Source: Thermodesulfovibrionales bacterium
GTDB taxonomy: Bacteria; Nitrospirota; Thermodesulfovibrionia; Thermodesulfovibrionales; SM23-35
DNA: 64,000 nucleotides
Direction of reading: 5' to 3'
Assembly: GCA_031082155.1 (NCBI GenBank)
Contig: JAVHLL010000007.1
Coordinates: 1,459 to 65,458 of the forward strand
Shown: positions 56,950 to 64,000 of the stretch, one piece after another
How positions within the stretch are numbered: position 1 is the first letter of the stretch
Layout: the number at the start of each line of letters is the position of its first letter
Made by a program: the position numbers and the translations under genes
The notes under the pieces: model-generated
Seen by the model: only the letters and a program-made list of their open reading frames with translations
Told to the model about the DNA's origin: nothing
Databases searched by the model: none

Positions 56950-57537
56950 CTAGTAGTGTTTCTTTAATTCAAATAAGACTTGCCTTGCAACTGATTTCAG
57001 GGTTTCGAAGACGCCTTTTCCTGTGACAGCCACGCCCTCAAACCATTGGACATTGCGGGGATTGAGAACCCTGTCCATATCCTCGACAGGGACAATACTG
57101 GGAAGGTCTCTCTTGTTGTACTGTATGGTAAACGGGAGTTTGTCAAGCTCATACCCCTGTTCTGCAAGGTTAATCCGGAGATCATCGATGCTCTCCATGT
57201 TGGATTCCATCCTCTCCAGCTGGCTGTCGGCAACAAACACAATTCCATCAACGCCTTTGAGAATAAGCTTCCTGCTCGCCGCATAAAACACCTGGCCGGG
57301 GACGGTATAGAGATGAAACCGGATCTTGAATCCTTTGATTTCACCGAGCGCCAGGGGAAGGAAATCAAAGAAGAGAGTTCTTTCGGTCTCCGTTGCGAGG
57401 GAGATAAGCTTCCCTTTCTGGTCGGGGTTGGTCCTCCTGTAGATAAACTGCAGATTCGTCGTCTTGCCGCAGAGACCCGGACCGTAATAAACAATCTTTA
57501 CATTGATTTCACGGGAAGAATAATTAATAAAGGACAC
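56950..57537 (-). CDS. mglA: Ras-like GTPase MglA
   Basis: 195 aa. 'KIVYYGPGLCGKTTNLQ', 'TLFFDFLP', 'LYTVPGQ' and 'NKRD' are present. Confidence 0.9.
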   Translation of the reverse strand: MSFINYSSREINVKIVYYGPGLCGKTTNLQFIYRRTNPDQKGKLISLATETERTLFFDFLPLALGEIKGFKIRFHLYTVPGQVFYAASRKLILKGVDGIVFVADSQLERMESNMESIDDLRINLAEQGYELDKLPFTIQYNKRDLPSIVPVEDMDRVLNPRNVQWFEGVAVTGKGVFETLKSVARQVLFELKKHY

Positions 57538-57548
57538 GGAATCCGCAC

Positions 57549-58043
57549 CTACTTGAAGAGGTTATCGATGTCTTCGTCACTGATCTCTGCAAAGAACGAT
57601 TCCTCCAGTTTACCTGTTCCCTTTTCTTTTTCAACCTTTTCGACAATCTCATCGAATATCTTTGCGAGCGCATCAGATGCCTTCTTCACGCGCAGTCTCA
57701 CAAGACCGAGAGAAGTTCTGCTATCGAAAATGACCACGAGGATGATCCTCTGTCCGATCAGGGAAATATGGATATTGTCCTTTTCCCCTTCATGGAAGAG
57801 AATGGTGAACTCTTTTTCACCGAGGAGCCGGGCGATGCCGCCGGTCGCTGCAATATTCCCTGCGGTGAGAGACGCCAGTGAAGTAGTATCTATATCATGG
57901 GTCTCACCGGCTGACGCAATAAGCTGGCCGTTTTTATCAACGAGGAAAACGACCTTCGCGTTCGACTGCTGATGGAGTTTCTGGAGTTCAGCGTCGATCC
58001 TGCTGAACTCCTCCTCATACATTATGAGGTCAGAACCCATCAT
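57549..58043 (-). CDS. mglB: Roadblock/LC7 protein MglB (MglA GAP)
   Basis: 164 aa with a Roadblock/LC7-like core ('VVFLVDKNGQLIASAG'), immediately upstream of mglA. Confidence 0.75.
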   Translation of the reverse strand: MMGSDLIMYEEEFSRIDAELQKLHQQSNAKVVFLVDKNGQLIASAGETHDIDTTSLASLTAGNIAATGGIARLLGEKEFTILFHEGEKDNIHISLIGQRIILVVIFDSRTSLGLVRLRVKKASDALAKIFDEIVEKVEKEKGTGKLEESFFAEISDEDIDNLFK

Positions 58044-58076
58044 GGTTGTAACCCTATCATATTTTATTGTCTCATA

Positions 58077-59015
58077 TCAAGAGGCAAAACACGCTTCTTC
58101 TTTCTGAAGCTTTTCCCATTCCCTGTCGATAGACTCCTGAATCTTTCCTATTAACACCTCGTTCTCCGGTTTGAAAAGGTGCTTGAACCTTCCCTGTGTC
58201 TTGAGAAAATCTGCTATCGGTTTCTTCTCCCTCGGCCTGAAGGTTATTTTCGTAACCCCGTTCTCTATCTCATAGAGCGGCCAATAACAGGTATCAACCG
58301 CAAGCCTGCTCAGGGTAATTGCGTCGTCAGTCCTCGACCTCCATCCCCTGTTACAGGGCGTTACGATATTCATGAACTTTGGTCCGGTTATCTCAAGGGC
58401 TTTCCTGACTTTCCTGACAAGGTCAGCCCAGTGGCTGGGGGATGCCTGCGCTACATAAGGGATGTTATGGGCAGCCATGATCTTGGTCAGGTTTTTTCTC
58501 TGTTCGGTTTTGCCGGGCACAACACTCCCCGCAGGTCTGGTTGTGGTATCCGCTCCAAACGGCGTGGCGCTTGAGCGCTGGATCCCCGTGTTCATGTATG
58601 CGCCGTTGTCGTAACAGATATAGAGCATATCATGACCACGCTCCATCGCCCCCGAAAGGCTCTGAAACCCGATGTCATACGTTCCCCCGTCACCGCCGAA
58701 TGCGATAAACTTTATCTCCTTGTCGATTTTCCCCTGTTTTTTCAATGAACGGTACATGGTTTCAACCCCTGATAAAGTGGCGGCAGCGTTTTCGAACGCA
58801 TTGTGAATCCAGGGGATCTTCCATGCAGTATAGTCAGAGATACAACTTGATACCTCGAGACAACCTGTAGCGTTTGCTGCAACAAGGTGATAATCAGACG
58901 CAAGGAGAACCATTTTTACCACTATGGGAGCGCCACAGCCTGCGCAGAGCCGGTGCCCTGGCGCAAATAACAGTTCTTTCTTTGAAAGCTCTTTTAGGGT
59001 AACTGCCTTTGCCAT
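58077..59015 (-). CDS. porB: 2-oxoacid (pyruvate-type):ferredoxin oxidoreductase beta subunit
   Basis: 312 aa. 'GHRLCAGCGAP' and TPP-binding 'GGDGGTYDIG' are present. Confidence 0.85.
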   Translation of the reverse strand: MAKAVTLKELSKKELLFAPGHRLCAGCGAPIVVKMVLLASDYHLVAANATGCLEVSSCISDYTAWKIPWIHNAFENAAATLSGVETMYRSLKKQGKIDKEIKFIAFGGDGGTYDIGFQSLSGAMERGHDMLYICYDNGAYMNTGIQRSSATPFGADTTTRPAGSVVPGKTEQRKNLTKIMAAHNIPYVAQASPSHWADLVRKVRKALEITGPKFMNIVTPCNRGWRSRTDDAITLSRLAVDTCYWPLYEIENGVTKITFRPREKKPIADFLKTQGRFKHLFKPENEVLIGKIQESIDREWEKLQKEEACFAS

Positions 59016-59017
59016 AA

Positions 59018-60199
59018 TTATTCCCTCACTCCTATATATTCCTTGTAACTCTTCACTGTCCCATTCCCGACAAGTTCCACAAGTTCGTTGAGCACAAGCT
59101 TCGCGTGATCGGGGAGATAATCCCTGCCGCCAAGTCCGTATATTTTATTAATAAGCACAGGTCTCTCCTTATAGGGATAGAGACTTGTTGCTATGTCCAT
59201 ATAGACCGGACCGAAAGAACCTCCGAAGGCGTCTGCCCTGTCGAGGACACATACTGCCTTGAGATGCTTCAAAGCTTCTCCGATCTCCTTATACGGGAAT
59301 GGCCGGTACAGTCTCGGTTTCAGGAGGCCGGCCTTGATCCCTTTATCCCTGAATTCGTCAACTACATCCTTTGAAGTGCCTGCCGCAGAATTCAGGATAA
59401 TGAGGGCTATTTCTGCATCGTCCAGCCGGTACGTCTCGAAAAGACCGTAGGTCCTTCCGGAGAGTTTCTCAAAATCCTTTGCAACATCAAGTACTACTCC
59501 CGGTACTTTTGACTCAACATCATCCTGAGCCTTTCTGAATTCCATATAGTAATCCGTAAGTATCAGTGGCCCGTAGCTGACCGGATGCTCAAGATCGAGG
59601 AGCGGATTCAATGATTTGAATTCTCCGACAAAATTCTGCACCTGATCATCGTCAAGGTATTCCATTCTCTCGATGGAATGGCTGATAATAAATCCGTCCA
59701 TGTTAATCATAATAGGCAATCTTATATCCATATGCTCTGCGATGCGGAATGCCTGTATGGTATTGTCATAAGCCTCCTGTGCATTCTCAGACCAGAGCTG
59801 AATCCATCCGGTATCTCTTGCCCCCATTGAATCAGAGTGGTCGCCGTGGATATTGAGAGGCGCCGATAAAGCCCTGTTCACTACAGGCATGACTATGGGA
59901 AGTCTTGTACCGGAGGCAATGTATAATATTTCATACATGAGCGCCAGTCCCTGTGAGGATGTGGCGGTGATGACCCTTCCGCCTGCTGCGCAAGCGCCGA
60001 CACAGGCGCTCATGGAGCTGTGTTCACTCTCAACAAGAATTATCTCTGTCTTGACCTTTCCGTCAGACACAAAGCTTGAAAATCTCTGCATCATTTCGGT
60101 CTGAGGAGTGATGGGGTAAGCTGCACAGACATCGGGATTTACCTGTTTCAGCGCATTGGCTACTGCTTCATTTCCGGTAACAGCAACAATTTTTGCCAT
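59018..60199 (-). CDS. porA: 2-oxoacid:ferredoxin oxidoreductase alpha subunit
   Basis: 393 aa. 'GNEAVANA...AAYPITPQTE' is the typical PorA N-terminus. Confidence 0.85.
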   Translation of the reverse strand: MAKIVAVTGNEAVANALKQVNPDVCAAYPITPQTEMMQRFSSFVSDGKVKTEIILVESEHSSMSACVGACAAGGRVITATSSQGLALMYEILYIASGTRLPIVMPVVNRALSAPLNIHGDHSDSMGARDTGWIQLWSENAQEAYDNTIQAFRIAEHMDIRLPIMINMDGFIISHSIERMEYLDDDQVQNFVGEFKSLNPLLDLEHPVSYGPLILTDYYMEFRKAQDDVESKVPGVVLDVAKDFEKLSGRTYGLFETYRLDDAEIALIILNSAAGTSKDVVDEFRDKGIKAGLLKPRLYRPFPYKEIGEALKHLKAVCVLDRADAFGGSFGPVYMDIATSLYPYKERPVLINKIYGLGGRDYLPDHAKLVLNELVELVGNGTVKSYKEYIGVRE

Positions 60200-60492
60200 T
60201 ACTTCTCCTCCTCAACCATAAGAATCGCTTTATTGCCTTTTTTACCGGGGCATTCAAGAGCACATATGCCACATCCTTTACAGTAGTCATAATCGAACTC
60301 AGTACGCTTTCCGTCTTTTACCTTGACTGCCATATCAGGGCAATAGATCCAGCAGAATAGGCACTGGATACAGTTTTCTTCTATCCATACCGGCTTTAAG
60401 GATCGCCATGAGCCTGTTTTAAATTTTACTGAACTGCCTGCCTCAGTTATTACTGCCCCAGGGGTAACCTCTTTCCAGTTTTTGAGTTTCAT
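60199..60492 (-). CDS. porD: 2-oxoacid:ferredoxin oxidoreductase delta subunit (2x4Fe-4S)
   Basis: 97 aa with 'CIQCLFCWIYCP' and 'CKGCGICALECP'. Confidence 0.85.
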   Translation of the reverse strand: MKLKNWKEVTPGAVITEAGSSVKFKTGSWRSLKPVWIEENCIQCLFCWIYCPDMAVKVKDGKRTEFDYDYCKGCGICALECPGKKGNKAILMVEEEK

Positions 60493-61064
60493 CCTTCCCT
60501 GACCTCCTCATACCCGCGTCTCGCTGCCTCCAGGTTGCCGTCGATGATCTTTTGTGAAAATTTTTTCCCGAAACTCTTCCTGACATCTTCAAGGAGGTGT
60601 TCGAGGGTCACGAGACCTGTCACTTTACAGATCGCTCCAAGCATGGGTGCGTTCGGAAGCGCCCTTCCAATACACTCTACCGCAATTTTTGTGGCGTCTA
60701 TGGTAAATACCTTTTGTCCCTGCGGCGCCTTCAGCTTGGTCCTTATTTCCCCCGGTTCTTTGGACGTGTTCACGACAAAAATTGCAGACTCGGTAGAACC
60801 TTCGGCAACATCAATTGCATCAATCAACGTAGCATCAACAACACTGACAACCTGGGGCTTGAGAACCGGACAATGCATTCTGAGCTCATGTGAACTGATT
60901 CTATTGTATGCCCTTAACGGAGCCCCGGCCCTTTCCGGCCCATATTCGGGGAATGCCTGGACATGTCTGCCCCCGCTCAGGCAGGCATCGGCGAGCACCT
61001 TCGCAGCAGTCACAGTGCCTTGCCCCCCTCTTCCATGCCATCTAATTTCTAACGTATCAGCCAT
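60489..61064 (-). CDS. porG: 2-oxoacid:ferredoxin oxidoreductase gamma subunit
   Basis: Start reset to ATG 61064 (GGAGG 6 nt upstream). 'IRWHGRGGQGTVTAAKVLA' is the gamma-subunit signature. Confidence 0.85.
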   Translation of the reverse strand: MADTLEIRWHGRGGQGTVTAAKVLADACLSGGRHVQAFPEYGPERAGAPLRAYNRISSHELRMHCPVLKPQVVSVVDATLIDAIDVAEGSTESAIFVVNTSKEPGEIRTKLKAPQGQKVFTIDATKIAVECIGRALPNAPMLGAICKVTGLVTLEHLLEDVRKSFGKKFSQKIIDGNLEAARRGYEEVREG

Positions 61065-61416
61065 TATTATCCTCCGCAATTCTAGAGAAAGTCTTATATT
61101 TTAGCATAAACAGCATCCGGATTCGCTGAATTTTCTGTTTTTAGGAAAAACGCACTTTACTATACACAAAAACCTTTACTTATTCAATACAAGGGGTTAC
61201 TTCTGTAAAACATTTCAATGAGGAGTGGTAATCGAAAAATTCCAGCCAAGATACGGTGTATTAATTGGGGTTCCTGTTATTTCGGTGTCGATCCTTTTTC
61301 TGAGGAGAACCGTTCAATGCCGATTGATAGAAACAACAGTGTATAAAAAGAATACACCATTTTGCTGGCACAGTTTCTGTATTCAAATCAGCGGTACTGG
61401 CAGAATATTCACACCG

Positions 61417-63438
61417 CTATACCGCTACCGCTGCCACCGCCTCTTTAAGCCATGAGAGCCTTCTCCCTTTCAGGACAGAGGCATTCACCGACTCTATGAA
61501 ATCATGGGGAGATAGCTCCAACCCTTCTTTCCTCGCAAACGGGCTGAATGTGAGTTTCGGTTTTCCTTTGGATAACTTTTTAATTTCCGCATCGGTCGGT
61601 TTTTTTATCGCAGGTTTTATTATCTTCGAAAGGGCAATAAGAATATCTCTGTGGCTTTTTGTAAGTCCAATGGGATCAATTGCCTGATGGACGTGTTTGA
61701 ATCTTCCAAGATAGTCTATCATGGTGCCTTCGGTCTCGAAGGAAGTTGTTGAGGGAAGCACAATATCTGCCTGTTCCGCAAGGTCAGTAAAATGAGAATT
61801 TTGAACGACGAGGAATTCTGCAGCCGGTCTTCTGCTGAGGGGCACTTCTCCGATAGCGTACAGAACTTTCATACGGTCATTCACCATTTCTTGGTAGGAT
61901 TTCCCTTCTGTTGACACCCCGGCCAGGGCTATACCCCTTGCGTTGCTTTCCAGGCCAACCGCAATTACTTTCCCCTTGATCTGGGCGATATTCGCAGTTG
62001 CATCAAAAAGTGAGGGGGATGCAAACAGGCGGGGACTCTCGGCCTCTGCAATCAATTTGGCTGCCTTCTCCATATCTTCTGTAACTTCTGTATCTCTGAC
62101 TGCGGATTTCAGCTGTTTTTCCGCTTTGAGTCCCCTGTCAATCAGTGCCTTTGCGATTCCCTTCAGAATTTGGATTTCATCCCCTTTCAGGCTTAGCACC
62201 GCTGCTTCTTCGATTCTGGTATCCAAGGAATTAATTACGATGAGTTTCCCCCCTCTGTTCACCCTCTTTCTTATGGAAGCATCGAGCGCAGGTAATACCC
62301 TGTTCCATTGGGACGGATTCAGCCCCACGAGGACGACGAGGTCAGAATTCGTAATAAGGGCTGACTGCGAATCCCTGAGGGAACGGACGTCGGCATAAAG
62401 GCTCAAGGTTGTATCGAAGTTCCTGGTTTTCACTACATTTTTTGCGAATTTCTTAAGGGTCAACGCATCTTCATTCAAGATCCCTGCGGTACTGATGAAC
62501 CCTATATTCTTGCCTGCTTCCTTAAGCTTCCCTGCAACTATGCCGAGGGCATCTTTCCATGTCGTCTCCCTCAGTTCACCCTTCACCCTTTTCAGCGGTT
62601 TGGTAAGTTTTGTCCTTTCCTCAATGTAGTCATACCCGAATCTTCCATACGCGCAGATATATTTTTTTGAAGAACCCGGTTTCTCACCGGCATTGATTTT
62701 CTGGATACTGTCGTCTTTCACGCTTACGAGGATATCACAGCCGTTGCCGCAAAGAAGGCATACAGACTGTATCTTTTTATATTCCCACTCGCGTCCCTTC
62801 CTCCATCTGTCCGCCTCAGGGAGGGCGTTCACAGGGCATGCGTCTATACAGCTTCCACAGAACGTACATCCGGACTCTCTGAGAGACTTGTTGTATGCGG
62901 TACCGATTTCGGCGTTGATGCCCCTGCCGATAAAATCAAGGACATTCGTCCCCTGCTCTTTGCACATCCGGACACAGCGTCCGCAGAGTATGCAGTATTC
63001 CGGGTCCCTCCTGATAAAAGGATTGATCTGATCGATCGGGTACCCCATCTTTTTCCTTGTGAATGAGGTCCCTTTCAGTTCATATTCATATGCATATTCC
63101 TGAAGCTTGCAGATTCCCGCTTTTGTGCATGTCATGCAATCAAGCGGGTGAATGGCAAGGATTAAATCGAGGATGAATCTTCGGATATCACGTACTTTTT
63201 CGGTCTGTGTATGCACAACCATCCCTTCTCTGACCTTGGTATTGCACGAGATGACGGGTGCCTTCATCCCCTCCACTTCCACAAGGCACAGTCTGCATGC
63301 TCCGAACCCCTTCATGCCCTTGAGGTAACAGAGGTTAGGGATGAAAATATTGACGAGATGACCTGCATCGATGAGGTTCATACCTGATGATGCGTGCACC
63401 TCTTTCCCGTCTATCTGAAGCTTCACCAGTTTTTCCAT
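61417..63438 (-). CDS. NuoG-like Fe-S / molybdopterin-fold oxidoreductase subunit
   Basis: 673 aa. N-terminal 2Fe-2S ('CRLCLVEV'), His-ligated cluster region ('HPLDCMTC'), two ferredoxin motifs, then 'CLLCGNGC' and 'ICAYGRFGYDY' resembling NuoG rather than formate dehydrogenase. Confidence 0.7.
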   Translation of the reverse strand: MEKLVKLQIDGKEVHASSGMNLIDAGHLVNIFIPNLCYLKGMKGFGACRLCLVEVEGMKAPVISCNTKVREGMVVHTQTEKVRDIRRFILDLILAIHPLDCMTCTKAGICKLQEYAYEYELKGTSFTRKKMGYPIDQINPFIRRDPEYCILCGRCVRMCKEQGTNVLDFIGRGINAEIGTAYNKSLRESGCTFCGSCIDACPVNALPEADRWRKGREWEYKKIQSVCLLCGNGCDILVSVKDDSIQKINAGEKPGSSKKYICAYGRFGYDYIEERTKLTKPLKRVKGELRETTWKDALGIVAGKLKEAGKNIGFISTAGILNEDALTLKKFAKNVVKTRNFDTTLSLYADVRSLRDSQSALITNSDLVVLVGLNPSQWNRVLPALDASIRKRVNRGGKLIVINSLDTRIEEAAVLSLKGDEIQILKGIAKALIDRGLKAEKQLKSAVRDTEVTEDMEKAAKLIAEAESPRLFASPSLFDATANIAQIKGKVIAVGLESNARGIALAGVSTEGKSYQEMVNDRMKVLYAIGEVPLSRRPAAEFLVVQNSHFTDLAEQADIVLPSTTSFETEGTMIDYLGRFKHVHQAIDPIGLTKSHRDILIALSKIIKPAIKKPTDAEIKKLSKGKPKLTFSPFARKEGLELSPHDFIESVNASVLKGRRLSWLKEAVAAVAV

Positions 63439-63468
63439 TCTCTCCTCCTGACACTAAGCAAGAAACTA

Positions 63469-64000
63469 TTATTTCCGAATGAATTCTTCTTGTACCTTTG
63501 AGATGAGTTCAATCGCCCCTGTTGGGCAGATTTTGATACACTCCCCGCACCGCACGCATCCTCTCTGCCTGATTTCAAAATAGATATATTTCGAGGAATC
63601 AGATTCTGCTGTTTCACCATGTATTGCATCAAATTTGCACCTGTGTGCACATTCCCCGCATTTGATGCACAAATCCTGGTTTATCAGATATGAGAGAGAA
63701 CTGATGCATTCTCTTTTCGGACAGATGCCGGCAAGATGCATTCTGAATTCCTCTTCCGCAGAAGTCAGCTTCTCAAGAAGAAACCTACCGGTGTCCCTTC
63801 CCTTTTTGCAGTAAGAAGACTCTCTCATATGCGAAGCGATACTTCTGAGCGCAAGGATGTCTGCTTCTCCTGCTTCTTCGAGATGTTGGTTTATCCTGAG
63901 CAGTCTAATTTTTGCTTCTTCAGTCCCTAATGAACAGGGATAGCACCTGCCGCACATCGGTCCTGCAATGAATTCCTCGATAAAGGTGAGAGATTTCTGG
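63469..64000 (-). CDS. NuoF-like C-terminal Fe-S region plus 2x4Fe-4S ferredoxin domain (5' end beyond the window)
   Basis: The frame stays open to the window edge (..QKSLTFIEEFIAGPMCGRCYPCSLGTEE..). 'CGRCYPC' resembles the NuoF N3 cluster motif. 'CIKCGECAHRC' and 'CVRCGECIKICP' are ferredoxin motifs. Confidence 0.6.
   Translation of the reverse strand, partial: QKSLTFIEEFIAGPMCGRCYPCSLGTEEAKIRLLRINQHLEEAGEADILALRSIASHMRESSYCKKGRDTGRFLLEKLTSAEEEFRMHLAGICPKRECISSLSYLINQDLCIKCGECAHRCKFDAIHGETAESDSSKYIYFEIRQRGCVRCGECIKICPTGAIELISKVQEEFIRK

Overview
This 64-kb window is densely coding on both strands. It looks like an anaerobic diderm bacterium: an HdrA-MvhDGA hydrogenase module, a four-subunit 2-oxoacid:ferredoxin oxidoreductase, an octahaem cytochrome c and many Fe-S and radical-SAM proteins. 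The gene content is reminiscent of Nitrospirota/Thermodesulfovibrionia-like or deltaproteobacterial-type anaerobes, but the taxon cannot be fixed from the sequence alone.

The left ~8.2 kb is accessory and AT-richer. It holds a tyrosine-integrase element ending at a tRNA-3'-end-like 37-nt repeat (3960-3996). A second, integrase-less islet follows, with HicA/MerR-HicB, an orphan Phd antitoxin missed by the ORF track, an M24 peptidase and a PAS protein. That islet ends at a degenerate copy of the same repeat (8134-8170).

The remainder is core genome:
- DUF362 plus a polyferredoxin
- an EPS export operon (OM barrel, Wza, BY-kinase, O-antigen ligase-TPR)
- hisG, mfd, and PilW-like / MshEN-only / PilT pilus genes
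- ligA, an ABC-2 exporter and a patatin
- yggS-proC-yggT-divIVA and hisS
- a TatD-radical SAM fusion, apgM and an MCP
- tusA-mvhAGD-hdrA, an ArsS-ArsM fusion, mglAB, porGDAB and NuoG/NuoF-like genes

There are two tRNAs (Pro-TGG, Ala-CGC). I saw no rRNA, CRISPR array or transposase.

The most interesting signal is a two-copy ~165-nt intergenic element (11792-11956 and 35919-36086). It has a 29-31 bp closing stem, a conserved 44-nt core, and compensatory base changes in several helices. I cannot assign it to any known RNA or repeat class.

Other notable points:
- mvhD has no canonical start codon (probably ATA in an ATAA overlap with the hdrA stop).
- A standalone c-di-GMP-type MshEN protein is translationally coupled to pilT.
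- The MCP carries an extracytoplasmic CZB zinc-sensor motif.
- There are two domain fusions (ArsS-ArsM, TatD-rSAM).
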